A DNA stretch of 64,000 nucleotides from Felis catus (lineage: Eukaryota): contig NC_058368.1 of the NCBI RefSeq assembly GCF_018350175.1, positions 134,356,001 through 134,420,000 on the forward strand, given 5' to 3'. The translations under genes were made by a program, and so were the position numbers. Under the pieces are notes generated by a model, which worked only from the letters and a program-made list of their open reading frames with translations, was not told the origin of the DNA and did not search any database. Shown in pieces: positions 12,795 to 25,060 of the stretch (the first letter of the stretch is position 1; each line of letters starts with the position of its first letter).

Positions 12795-12822
12795 ACACAC
12801 GTGTGTGTGTATGTGTATGTGT
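12760..12822. repeat. (CA)n followed by (TG)n microsatellite, palindromic at the junction
   Basis: Read directly from the sequence. Confidence 0.95.
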
Positions 12823-13532
12823 GCATAGATGTGTATAGATATCTATGCATATGTACTTAAGAAAAAAGAATCAATGACCAAGGTTTTAAACTTTCAGACT
12901 TGTATCTTGTCTACTTCTATGGGAGAAAAGAACGTTATTCTGAGCCACACTCACTGAAGCAAGCAGACCAAACAGAAGGGCGCCCAATGCTTTCTCAATG
13001 GCCATATTAAGCGCTGAGCTCCTCTGCAGGTTAAAAAGGAAGACAGCCTGTCCTGGGTACAAATTCTGTCACTCCTATCTTAGCTATTATGTGGCCTATT
13101 GAAATTATTCTACCTCACATTCCTTCCATTCCTCCATTCCTTCCACTTAAAGGGGGAGAGGATAACAGAGTGAGTATGAATTTCTTATCACAAAATGAAC
13201 TTTAGAAACCATATTTAATTTTAAAAACAAACAAACAAAAAACCCCAAAACCCAAAAGTTGAAATCTATTCAACATCTACTCGTGTTAACTGGATTTTGT
13301 GTTTCTAAAGAGTCCTGCCTACTCTGGACCTCCAAGGGCAGGGAGCCCCGCTTCAGTATCTATTTACTACCAGTTCAGTAGTTATTTATGGGATCTAACA
13401 CAGGGAGAGACAGTGGTTCTTAAAAGAGAGAGTCTTAGGCTTATGGGAAAAAAATTGAGCTTGACATGATTTATCCCTACCTCTGGAAAATCATTACATT
13501 TCCTTGAGTTATGATTTCTTTCTGTTAGATTG

Positions 13533-13908
13533 TGTTATGGACCAAATGTCTCCCTTGCCTAAATTCCTATGTTGAAGTCCTAACTCCAGTGTGATGGTAT
13601 TGAGAGCTGGGGCTTCAGGTGGCAATTAAGTTTAGATGAGGTCATGAGGGTGGAGACCTAATGAATGGGATTAGTATCCTTAATAAGAAGAGAAAGGGAC
13701 CTCTCTCTCCTTTTCTCCCTCTCTCCACCATGGAGGGACCCAATGAAAAGGTGGCCATCTGGAAGCCAGGAAGTAAAGCTCTCACCAGGAACCAAACTGG
13801 CTGGCACCTTGCTCTTGGACTGCCCAGCCTCCAGGACTGAGAAATAAATGTCTATTGTTTAAGGTACCTAATCAGTGGTGTTTTGTAGTGCCCAAGTTGA
13901 CTAAGACA
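13533..13908 (+). mobile_element. MLT1A-like solo LTR inserted in a MIR
   Basis: tgttatggaccaaatgtc...gactaagaca; 5-bp TSD gattg/gatgg; MIR sequence continues on both sides. Confidence 0.85.
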
Positions 13909-13989
13909 GATGGGAATAAGAATACCAACCTATTTTATAGAGTTGTTAGGTCACAAGTGAGACATTGTATATAAAATATTTGTAAAATT

Positions 13990-14215
13990 TTAATCAATAA
14001 ACAAATTGCAAGTACTGTGTTAGGACCTAGAGAGATGTAAAGGTGAACTAGACACAGATCTTATCCTCAAAAAGGTCATATTTTCCTAGGTGAGGTAAGA
14101 CTCCCGTATACCAACTATGATAAAAAAGAAAAAGGGCCATATTCATTCATTCTTCATTTATTCATTCCTTTAACAACTATGTATTTAACATCTACTGTGT
14201 GCCAAGTGCCAGATT
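13990..14215 (-). mobile_element. L2 3' fragments
   Basis: attcattcattc...tttaacatctactgtgtgccaagtgc, a reverse L2 tail. Confidence 0.6.
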
Positions 14216-14229
14216 TGGGGCAGCAAATA

Positions 14230-14340
14230 TAACTCAGGCTACTAGTAGTCATGTTCTGGGGGAGTGAAAAATTTTACACTGATTGTCAACTGCGCAGGGG
14301 GTTGGCACCCCTAATCTGTGCATTGTGCAATGGTCCACTG
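14230..14340 (+). mobile_element. Tigger2 right-end fragment
   Basis: actgcgcagggggttggcacccctaatc...cattgtgcaatggtccactg followed by TA. Confidence 0.7.
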
Positions 14341-14549
14341 TATTTTATCCGATCTACTTGTCATTTGTCTAGATCATATCTCATAACTTCCTCTCCATAG
14401 GTACATATATACATATATATAGTAATTACTCAGTCCTCAAAGTCCTGTCTGCCTCATTCCAGTTTCCTGTAAACATCATAAATGGACATTGTTACTAGTC
14501 ATCCCTTTCCCATCTTGGATTAATATTGTTATTATCATCCTCAGACACA

Positions 14550-14913
14550 GAATAGATTATAGTTAAAAACCTATACTTTAGAGTCAGACACACAAAAGTT
14601 CACATCCCAATTCCACTGCTTATTAGATTTCTGACCTTGACAATATTGCTTAGGCTTTAAGAACCGTAGTTTTGGGGTGCCTGGGTAGCTCAGCCTGTTA
14701 AGCATCCAACTCTTGATCTGGGGTCAGATTACAATCTTATGATTCATGGTATTGAGCCCTGCATCAGGACTTCTGCTGACAGTGCAGAGACTGCTTGGGA
14801 GTCTCTCTTTATCTCTCTCAAAATAAATAAACTTAAAAAAAGAACCATAGTTTATTTATAAAATGGAAGCAATAATATCTAATGAGTTTTTGTGAGAATA
14901 AGAATGTTCTGAG

Positions 14914-14964
<51 letters not shown>

Positions 14965-15012
14965 GCACAGTATTTAGCACAATACCTGACATAAAGTAAA
15001 TGATCACAATAG
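14550..15012 (+). mobile_element. MIR interrupted by a SINEC and a (CA)n
   Basis: gagtcagac...ttctgaccttgacaatattgctta...tttagcacaatacctgacataaagtaa. Confidence 0.65.
14673..14839 (+). mobile_element. Can-SINE (internally shortened)
   Basis: ggggtgcctgggtagctcag head; TSD aagaaccgtagttt/aagaaccatagttt. Confidence 0.9.
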
Positions 15013-15314
15013 TCATTTAAAAGAGAAACAAAACAGCCCTCTCTTACCCATTGTCTCCCATGGATGTGGTATTGAAAATTTGCTCACTGATGCTGTTCTT
15101 TTGCATGTTCTTTATTAAAATATTCACAAACATCAAAATATAAAGCAAGATACACAACCTAAAAGTCAAACTATGCAAAATTCATCCAAAATAAATGGAA
15201 GTGAAAGTCTGAAAGGAAGTAACAAGAATAAATATTTGTAAGTCATGACTGCATACAAAGGCTTTCAAAGACATTAATCTATTTACTCTTTGGTAATAAG
15301 CCTGTAGCCTGAAT

Positions 15315-15445
15315 ATTATTCATCTTCCCCATTTTACAGAAACGAAAATATGACTCAGATAATTTGAGAGATTTTAGCTAAAATCATCCAGCTTGTTGAG
15401 TGGCGGGCGTGGAGCTCATGTTCAGGTCTTGTAATTCCAAGTCCC
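15315..15445 (-). mobile_element. MIR
   Basis: ccccattttacagaaacgaaaatatgactcaga, reverse MIR core. Confidence 0.65.
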
Positions 15446-16289
15446 TGGGGGTGGTTACTGGTGCCCAAGAAATCCTTGCAAGGCTAGAGTAACTTCCAAG
15501 TGATTAACCATGTTGGTTGCATTATGAGCCTCCCTTCTACTTGTTGATTATGAGGATTATTAAAGAAAGTTACCTAAGCTTATTCATAAGGCATCAAGCA
15601 TTCTTGCTTATGTGACAACTACTAAATGTACAAGGCTTCCTTTGGAATGGATTCCAGAGGAGCTAGAATGTAATAGCCTTGGTGGAAAGTAAGGTCTCTG
15701 CCTTGGGTGGGCTCCTTTGATCACTTATCTGGTGTTCCGCAAGGATGGTGACCATACCTTATTCCAGGTGCCAGTACAGAGCGTGGGACACAGGAGGTAC
15801 CAGGTGGGGGTCTGAGGACCAGGTCCTTGGGCACTATGACTCATATCAGCATCACCAGTTTTTTAAGCTCTGCTTTTCCTGTGTGAATGGAGCAGACATC
15901 AGCTGTCTTGAGAAAACATGGCACATGTTCATTTTTCATTTTTGATTCTGAATCCAAGCCACCGACCTGGACAATGAGATGACAGAGCCTTCCAACCTCT
16001 ACATCTCCCATCAGTTCTCCTCTCTTTCTGGTCCCTTTTCAGAGAAAGCTTCTTCTGTAGAAGCCTGAGCCAGGGCTATGGGCCCTGTTTGCCTCAATAG
16101 GGAAAATAATTTTAAAATCAGGATATTAAATCACCTTCTACTTTGAGTCTCTTGGATATCAGTCTGTTAGGCTTCAACCTTCCCCATGGAGGAGAATATC
16201 CCTGACTGGCAGGGCGGTGCGGTGGCATTAGCACCAGCTTGGAAAGGATCTGTACTAGGTCGAAATATCTGTGCTATTGCAGAACAGCA

Positions 16290-16645
16290 GCTGAATTTAT
16301 TGACCAGTTGCCATACTGATCACTTTCCACACATCGCTCTGCTTAATCCTTGATGAAGTATTCTGATGATTATTCCTGTTTTCCAGATGGGGAAGTTGGA
16401 GGAGAAAGGTGAAGTGACTTATCTAAGGTCACAGAGAGTAAATGGCAGATCTGGGATGAAACAAAGCAGTTGGACTTCACAGTTCACACTCTTAACCACA
16501 TGACCTTGGGCAAAGGAATGACCCTCTCAGCTCTGCCATTTCTTACCAGGAAAGTGAACAGAGGAACAATTACATCATTACATTGTTAGGAAAAGTCATT
16601 GGGATACTAGATGAAAAGTGCCTGACACTTAATAGGCTCTTAGAA
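16290..16645. mobile_element. Two MIR fragments (minus then plus)
   Basis: cctgttttccagatggggaagttgga...aagtgacttatctaaggtcacag, then tgaccttgggcaaaggaatgaccctctc. Confidence 0.6.
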
Positions 16646-16658
16646 TGTATCTTTTGCT

Positions 16659-16886
16659 GGGGTGCCTGGGTGGCTCAGTCAGTTAAGCATCCAACTTCGG
16701 CTCAGGTCATGATATAATGCTCCGTGGGTTCGAGCCCCGTGTCCAGCCCTGTACTGACAGCTCCAAGCCTGGAGCCGGCTTCATATTCTGTATCTCCCTC
16801 TCTGACTGCCCCTCCCCCACTTTCTCTCCCTCTCAATCTCTCTCTCACTCCCTCTCAAAAATAAATATTTAAAAAAGCTAAAAATA
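16659..16886 (+). mobile_element. SINEC_Fc
   Basis: ggggtgcctgggtggctcagtcagttaagcatccaacttcggctcaggtcatgat; CT tract; A tail. Confidence 0.95.
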
Positions 16887-18056
16887 ATCTGTTTAGAATA
16901 TGTCTGTTCTCTCCTTTCCCTCACATAACCTGATTGACGAGTATTACGTCTTGAGCAATCCTTTAGAAATATAAAGCTAAAAATTAATCCAAACCATGCC
17001 AGAGCCAATGACAATAAAGTCGATTTATTCAGACTTATTATTTTGTTTCATTAAAAGACCTGTCTCCAGTGTCCTTGTCAGACCCACAGAGCCAACCCAA
17101 ACTGAAAACACACGGAGTGATTGCAAGCTCATTATTGAAACACAACAGACACTTCAAGAATCAGGAAGCTCCTTTTTTAAAGTGATTTGCTTCTTAGCCA
17201 AAGCAGACATGGTCAAATAATACAGCAGTGCAGCTGTGGCCTTCAGGGCGCACAGTGGGTCTTCATGCTCTGGAGCCAGTGGAAAGTGAGGGTGCACTTG
17301 CCAGCTGGCCCCGACACTCTCAGGACAAGATATGCGTGGCCTTGCCTTCCAAGTTGAGAGCAATTGCTGGCAGTACACTGTGAGCTTGTCAAGTTAAGGG
17401 AATTTTTTTTTTAAAGGCCCATCACTGTTTTTCTTTCTTTAAATGGTAGCCACTGAAAAGTTATGCAAACACCTCAGCTGTGGAATATTTAATCTGACAC
17501 TTGGCGTGGCTCCCTTGTTGATCCAAGATGTGAAGTATGTAGTATATGCCTTGGAGTTGTTTCATTGCTTACTCAAAAAAGATGAGCCATTTACTCATCT
17601 GAATTAGTCTTTTCTTCACTTTTAATGGGGTCCCTACCTGGATCCATCCTTGGTTCTCCAATAGTAAGGTGACAAGTAGGGACCACAAGGCCATAAGATG
17701 AATAGCTCATTTAAGCAGGTGGGTGGTTTTAATACTTTTTACCTCCCCCCCTTTTTTGGCCCTGCTGAAAGCTGTAGGAATCCCTGTGGTTGTGGTTCTC
17801 TGAAGGTTTGGCAGCCTCCATGGCTCTGGTGTCTCATTGCCAGAACTTTCCTCTCATTTTACTTGTCATTGGGCTTTTAGTAAGAGGAGAAGGAGCATCT
17901 TGCTGGGGTCTTCCCCCCATTCACATTGGACATGTGTCCTGGCTACATGTGCTCCTTCTCTCCATTGGGGAAGTTTGCTCACCCTTCTTCTTCTGAAACT
18001 GTCTCACCGAGAGATTTGTTTACCTGAAAGGGGAATCTCCTGCGGTTCTCTCTCTT

Positions 18057-18303
18057 TTTCTAAACGTTTATTTATTTATGTATTTATTTATGTATTTATT
18101 TATGTATTTATTTATTTATTTTTGAATAAGGAGAGACTGAATGGGGGAGGGGCAGAAAGAGACGGAGACGCAGAATCCGAAGCAGGCTCCAGGCTCTGAG
18201 CTGTCAGCACAGAGCCCGACATGGGGTTCAAACTTAACAAGCCTTGAGACCATGACCTGAGCCAAAGTCGGGCACTTAACCGACTGAGCCACCCAGGGGC
18301 CCC
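18057..18303 (-). mobile_element. SINEC_Fc with (TTTA/TGTA)n tail
   Basis: Reverse SINEC body ending gagccacccaggggcccc. Confidence 0.95.
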
Positions 18304-18942
18304 TATTGTGGGTTCTCTTTGAATACCAGTCATATGATTTCTGATCCCCAGCAGGTAAGGAGTACATTGCCACCCCTCAGAAAACACATTGGTTGCAAGA
18401 AAAAAAAAAAAGAAAGAACTGAGTTAGTGGGCAGTTCACATTTCTTACCAAGGGCAGGGAAAAATGTGTTCCTGGCCAACATTCCAAAGGGAAGGAGAAC
18501 TTTCCAAATGTTCCAAAGCTGAAGAGTTCTAACAGTTGCTTAGTGGAAACAAACACAATTCCAAAAGTCCCATCCTTCCTGCCGCTGGGTCAGTAAGGCT
18601 GAAAAGCACTAGAAATCATAGGAAAATGCAGACATTTCTTCATTCCTCTCCACATCAGTGCTCATTTGTTACAACACCGATATAAACATCAGGTTGCTGT
18701 CACTCAGCCCAGGTGATGGCATAATTCTGCTTCAGAGAAATACTGAAACAGCGCTCATCCTTTAAAAAATGATGAGTGCTAGATCTCAAGTACTGGACTC
18801 ACAACTAAATAGTATATAGCGATGAGACTGAACTATTTACTCTGTGAAAAAATATAGATTAATCTCCCCCAAAATAATACTGAATAAAGGAAACTGAAGA
18901 TAAAAATAAAAGCTATATCATTCTATTTATATAAAAGTATGA

Positions 18943-19140
18943 GGGGCTCCTGTGTGGTTCAGTCAGTTAAGTGTCTGACTTCGGCTCAGGTCATGATCTC
19001 ACAGTTCATGAGTTCAAGCCCCACATCGTGCTCACTGATGTCAGCCCGGAGCCTGCTTTGGATCCTCTGTCCCTCTCTCTCTGCCCCTCCCAGGCCTCTC
19101 TCTCTTTTTCTTTCTCAAAAGTAAGTAAACCTTTAAAAAA
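18943..19140 (+). mobile_element. SINEC_Fc
   Basis: ggggctcctgtgtggttcagtcagttaagtgtctgacttcggctcagg; 37-bp flanking duplication. Confidence 0.92.
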
Positions 19141-19177
19141 ATAAAAGCTATATGAATTTATTTACATAAAAGTATGA

Positions 19178-19340
19178 GGGGTTCCTGGGTGGCTCAGTCA
19201 GTTGGGCGTCTGACTCTTGATTTCATGTCAGGTCATGCATGATCTTGTCGGATTCTCTCCCATTCTCTCCACCCCTCCCTCGCTCACACCTATGTTCTCT
19301 CTCTCACACACACACAATAAATACATAAACATTAAAAAAA
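19178..19340 (+). mobile_element. Older Can-SINE, internally deleted
   Basis: ggggttcctgggtggctcagtcagttgggcgtctgactcttgatttc; TSD aaaagtatga/aagagtatga. Confidence 0.85.
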
Positions 19341-19600
19341 TAAGAGTATGAAATACGACAAAAGAAATTTGTGCTGCTAGAAGTCAAATAGTGGTTAATC
19401 AATGGTGGGAGTCAGGGGAGGGATGTGAGTCCCGGGTGGATGCGTTAGTGGGAACTTCTGTGGGTGTGGATAATATTTTGTTTCTTGACCCGCATGCATT
19501 TCATAAAGTGTGCTTCATTAGTCATTTGATGACAATTGACCAAATTTTACACTTATGATATGCATAATTAAAATGCTTTTTAAACGTTGAAGTAAAATTA
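19341..19600 (+). mobile_element. Ancient L1ME-like 3'UTR, host of the two SINEs above (also ~18830-18940)
   Basis: tgctgctagaagtcaaatagtggtta...aatattttgtttcttgacc...ttacacttatgatatgca. Confidence 0.6.
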
Positions 19601-19966
19601 AGGACAGCAGTCCTTGAAGATGTGGAAGATTCAATGCATAGATGCTATGGAAGGGATGCCTCGTTTAGAAGGGGGCTAGAAATACTGAACAATGTTGGGG
19701 CCTTCACTAAAAAAAAATTTAAATAAGTATTTATGTTAAAATTGTAATAGTAATACTAAATATATAATACACTCCACTGCTTCAAAGTCAGCAGAAGTAA
19801 GAAAAAAATAAGATTAAAGAAAATTTCATCAAGTTAATAGAAGATAGGCAAGATGTGAAATAGGAGATAAAATGCACAGTGAACAGAAACATTAAAAAGG
19901 GATAAAAGTCGCTCCAAATATATCATTCTTTACAGTAAAATATGAATGAATTAAATTCGCCGTTTT

Positions 19967-20184
19967 AAAATTTTTTTTTTTCAACGTTAATTTATTTTTG
20001 GGACAGAGAGAGACAGAGCATGAACGGGGGAGGGGCAGAGAGAGAGGGAGACACAGAATCGGAAACAGGCTCCAGGCTCCGAGCCATCAGCCCAGAGCCT
20101 GACGCGGGGCTCGAACTCACGGACCGCGAGATCGTGACCTGGCTGAAGTCGGACACTTAACCGACTGCGCCACCCAGGCGCCCC
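19967..20184 (-). mobile_element. Young SINEC_Fc (CpG-rich)
   Basis: Near-consensus, e.g. gacgcggggctcgaactcacggaccgcgagatcgtgacc; TSD aattcgccgttt/aattcgctgttt. Confidence 0.97.
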
Positions 20185-20239
20185 TGAATTCGCTGTTTAA
20201 AAGACACAGATTATAAAATGAGATTAAAAGATCCCCAGT

Positions 20240-21160
20240 CCAGATCTTGTTCCAAAATACCATTCTCTAATAAAAGCAACCTTGGCTACTTGGAGATGTG
20301 CTTGATTTCGAGTTAGTGGGACATTTAAAAAAAATACCTATAAGTTCATGATGGTAAACAAAAATAATTGAATGAATAAATAAGGATGAGGAAAGAATTA
20401 CTCTTCCTTACAGAAAATTCCAGTTAATAAATGTAGAAGGAACAAGGAAAAGAGAAAATACCATAGAACACCATAATAATTGCTGTAGGCAAGATCCACA
20501 AATAATTGCTAAAATTAGTGGGTAAAAGTTTAAGAGAAACAGGATATTGCATAACTTCAAAGTATCATCCGTTCCCAAAATACAGTGAAGGAACCTGGCA
20601 GATAAATACCTTAATCAGATGTTTCCAGTTAACATCCTCAATAGTAAGACATATCAATATCATTTGAACCCTGATATGATGCATTGAGAAGGGCAAATCT
20701 TTCTGGTATTCCTCCCAAGAAGCATAATAAAGTTAATCCAATCCTGAGAAAATGTCAGACAAACCCAAATGGAGGGACATTTGACCAGATGCCTGACTAG
20801 TAGTCTGCAAAAGTATTAAGTTCATAAAAGATAAGGAGCAAACCAAGAAACTATCACAAACTTGAAGAAACATGACACCGAAGTGTCATGATCAGGATCC
20901 TGAATTGGATACTAGAACAGACCTAGTTAGAGAAAAAACAAAAACAAAAACAAAAAAACAAAAACAAAAACAAACCCTGGTAAAATCTAAATGATATCTA
21001 ACAGCATTGCACACAATATTAATTTTTTATTTTTCTAAAGTTTTTATGGTCATATAAAATGTCAACATTAGGAGGAGATGAATAAAGGGTCTATGGGTAT
21101 TCCGTACTCTCTCTGTAACTATTCTCTAAGTCTAAAATCATCTCAAAATATTTTTTTTTA
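20240..21160 (+). mobile_element. L1MC-type 3'UTR fragment
   Basis: tacagtgaaggaacctggcaga...cagacaaacccaaatggagggacatt...ttctctaagtctaaaat. Confidence 0.75.
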
Positions 21161-21573
21161 AATCAGACTTAAGTTGTAGAGATTTCAGGAGCTTTTGAAT
21201 TTCTCCGTTATAATTGAAATGCAAGAAAATACATCTGACAGATTATTTCATTTTCTTTAACCAGAGGGAAACAAATTTAAGATACCATAGGTTGTGGCCA
21301 GCTGGGAGAAATGGGAGAGACTGAAGCATGCAGTGATGTTGTACCATGAGATAAGGATACACATCATTACAGTGTTCTGGGGGAGTTAATGTCCTGAGGG
21401 ATCTATTCAAAATAGATTTCTTTTTTAAATATTCATGGTTTTTGATCTCTGAAAATCCACTTCTAAGAGTATGTTTTAAGAAAATAATTGGACAAGAGTA
21501 CAAATATCATCTACCAGGGTGTTTCTTTTTTCAATGGTATTTACAACTAAGGCAATGTTGGCTTTTATTTCTT

Positions 21574-21789
21574 TTTTTTTTTTTTTTAACGTTTATTTAT
21601 TTTTGAGACAGAGAGAGACAGAGCATGAACGGGGGAGGGGCAGAGAGAGAGGGAGACACAGAATCAGAAACAGGCTCCAGGCTCTGAGCCATCAGCCCAG
21701 AGCCCGACGCGGGGCTTGAACTCACGGACCGCGAGATCGTGACCTGGCTGAAGTCGGACGCTTAACCGACTGCGCCACCCAGGCGCCCC
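21574..21789 (-). mobile_element. Young SINEC_Fc (CpG-rich)
   Basis: Near-consensus body; perfect TSD cttttatttctt. Confidence 0.97.
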
Positions 21790-22016
21790 TTTTATTTCTT
21801 GTTCCTTTCAATTCTGGATGTGATTCTGGAGTTAGGATACCAAATTGCCCTTCTTAAGATGAAGACCTGACAGAGCTCCACCTATCAGAAGATAACTCAT
21901 ACATAGTGTATCCCCTATTTTTGTGCATGTGGGTTAGTATTAGTTGTTTACTCTCAAAATATTAATTGTTGACATTAATGAGCAACAGATGGGAGAGACG
22001 TAGGAGTAGCCTGAGC

Positions 22017-22180
22017 CAGTGGTCCTCCAACTTGAGCGTATGTCAGAATCACTTGGAGGTCTTGTTAAAGCACAGATTGCTGAGACACATGCCCAGAGTT
22101 TCAGGTTTAGAGGATCCAAGAATTTATTCCCAAGTGTTACTGATGTTGATAGCCCAAGGACCACATTTTGTGAACTACTG
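22017..22180. mobile_element. MER5A-like hAT-Charlie MITE
   Basis: cagtggtcctccaacttgagcgtatgtcagaatcacttggagg...ggaccacattttgtgaactactg. Confidence 0.8.
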
Positions 22181-23177
22181 CTCTCGGGGAAGCCTCCTGA
22201 GTCATTTTCTTTCTTCATGGAGTAATTGACCAGAGAGAAATCAGAAAGAGACTGAAGGGAAAAAGCCATTTCTGCTCTGACATGCTGCCTTTCTTTTACT
22301 TTCAGAGGGACATTTAGAGCATCCATTCAACATATGTGCTCTGAACCCTCACTGTAACAACTTCCTCTTGCTATATAAGAACAAAGAGTAAAAAAGAAAA
22401 TAAACAAAACCACTTGGGCCTGACCCAAGTTCTCCTTGCAGCTCATCTAATGGGATCTAGTTACCAAAGTCCCAGTATCTTTCCAAAAAACACACAAGCA
22501 CACTTAACTCTCTCTACTACGTTGACACGAAAGTCATCCTTCTAGGCAGGACTCTGCCCTTCACTTTAGTGAAGACGCTAAAATCTTCAATATCTTGGGC
22601 TACACTTTTCCCTCAGTCTCTCTACATATGGGCTTCTTATCAAAAGGAAAAGAGAAACAATAATAATGGACTTCTAACATAACCACTTTGAGAAAAGATA
22701 CAAAGAAAGAAGCATTTGGCACTTAGGCCAAAATGTGACAAGGTCATGGTCTGATCACCTCCGTCCTTAGGGAAGATTGGGAATTGAGTCTTTCTGGTTG
22801 ATCCGTTGCCAGAGAACACATCAGCAGTTTGAGCTGATGACTACACTTCATGGTCTAACTTCGCATTTCATTAAATTACAAAATGTAATTCAATATAACT
22901 GAGGTAATGAGGCTTAATGTGTTGGCTTGCTACACACTAAAAGTCTCAAATCACCGTCAACCATAATTCAGCTACTTGGGTGTCTCACCTACCATCCTGG
23001 CCAGGTCCCATCTAACTTAGGAACCTTTTTGTTCTCCTTTATATACCACAATACTGATTTTATTTCTTTAAATGCATCGTAAGTTTCCAACACTATATTT
23101 GCTCTAACAATTTTTAATCAGAACAATCACCACCAGTTCTTCCATATTCAGTTTTTTTCCTTTTACCTTTATCAAAT

Positions 23178-23398
23178 AGCTTGGTAGTTAAGAACATAGT
23201 CTCAGAACCTTATCACCTGGGTTCAAATTCCGGCCTTGCCATTTTTAGCAGTGTGACTATGGGGAAGTCACTTACATTGTGGGTGAGGCTTATTTTCCTC
23301 AACTGTGAAGTTTTCTCAGATAAATTAATTAATATAGGCCAGATACTTAGAACTGTATCTGGAATTTGGCTTATACTTAAGAAATGTTAGCCCTTATT
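23178..23398 (+). mobile_element. MIR
   Basis: gtagttaagaacatagtctcagaacc...ctgggttcaaattcc...gtgtgactatggggaagtcactta. Confidence 0.75.
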
Positions 23399-24079
23399 AA
23401 ATATTAATTCCTTTGATGTTTTGGTAGCAATTTCTGGGACAATCCTATTTAGGGACCTGTTCCCCTAAATTAATACAACCTCATTTCCTAAATAAGTGGA
23501 TACCTGTAGCCCTTAAATAAAAGCTGACTGACACAAGATGATTATAACATGGAAGCTTAAATTTAGCTTCCAACATTATTTTTGTTGGAGTGTAAAAATG
23601 GAAAATCTTTTAGTATTAAGTATTGAATAATTCATGGGTGACTTATGTGTCAGGAGCAGTCTGTGGATAGCCGACCTGAAAGGTACCAGTATAGTTGGGC
23701 CTGCTGAGACTTGCCTGCCTGAGGAGTTGCTGGCACTGTCCTGGGCTGACTCAATAGGGCCTTATTTCCTTGGGGCCCTGTAGACTCACAAAAGATTCCC
23801 ACCCACCACTTCTGCAAGATCAGCAGCCTTATGTGTGGCCAGAGAGGTCAAGACGGGTAAAGACCTGGCCGTGTAGAAAAAAGAACTCTGGGGACCAAAA
23901 ACTGGTGTTTCATTAAACTGAGGTATCAGTATGGATTCATGCAGATAAATATTAAATATTTGGTTGCCAGCCACTGTGATAGATTTTAAGTTTGATGACA
24001 GGCAGTGAGTGATGAACAGTTTTCAACAATGCATGAGAGCAAGTCCCTAACTAAAAAGAAGGTTTATGCATTTTTCTAA

Positions 24080-24345
24080 CTCTTTTGGCATATAATATTA
24101 TATAACACTGTGTAAGTTTAAGGTGTACAGCTTGTTAATTTTATATACTTATATATTGGAAAATGATCAGCAAAATAGTGTTAGCTAACACCCCCATCAT
24201 GTCACATAATTACCATTTCTTTTTTGAGGTGAGAACATTCATCTACTCTCTTAGCAACTTTCATGTGTATTATACACTCTTATTACAATACAGTCTTATT
24301 AATTAACTATAAATCATCATGGTGCACATTAGTTCCCCAGAACTA
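24080..24345 (-). mobile_element. L1MA9-like 3' end
   Basis: aacactgtgtaagtttaaggtgtacagc...tctactctcttagcaactttca. Confidence 0.75.
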
Positions 24346-24539
24346 ATTCTAAAAAGAACTTTTAATTTAGAAAAGAAGATAAAAGATTTCTGTAATTATT
24401 TTTCATTCTTTATTTTCATATGCAGCATCTTTTATTTTCTTTCAGCAAATTCATGGCCTGCCAATGAACAAAATTTTATAATATATACTATGTTACTATA
24501 CTATTTATGTAAAACTTCTACTTTTATAGGATGTCTTCA

Positions 24540-25060
24540 TTCCTTTGCTAAGGAAAAGCACTATCACAGTTGTATTTTAATTACATTTTTTGATTACTAG
24601 TGAGAGTGAATATTTTATTGTCCCTTTGTAATTCTTCTTTTGTGGATTTCTTATTTAAGGTTTTTGCTCTTTTATGTATATAGTCATGTCTCTTTTGAAG
24701 TTAAGTAACTCCATTATGTGTTACATGTTATGAGTATGTCCTTTTTTGTGTGTCCTTCATTGATAGTAGCATTGTTATTTCATATATAAAAATATATTTT
24801 TATGTTGATAATCTATTATTTTTCCTTTTGTGACTCTGCCTTTGATGTGAAGCTTATAAAAACTTTTATCATTCATCAGTATTTACTAATATATGAAAAC
24901 AGTTATATGTTATTTTCTTCGTACTTTAAGGGCGCTATTGTTTTACAACACTTTTAACCTACATTAAGCATATTTTGAGGTATGATATGATGGAGAGAAA
25001 ATGATTAGCTTTTCAATTAGTCAATCAACCTGATACCCTTTATTGAATAATATAACATTA
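24540..25060 (-). mobile_element. Highly decayed L1M ORF2 fragment
   Basis: T-rich; ttttaattacattttttgattactagtgagagtgaatattt. Confidence 0.5.

Noticed and set aside
10403..14340. Single Tigger2 split by a 3.5-kb insertion
   Set aside because: The first copy has its own degenerate right TIR plus TA at 10745, the pieces overlap in consensus position, and the intervening repeats (MIR, L2, MLT1) are older; these are two separate copies
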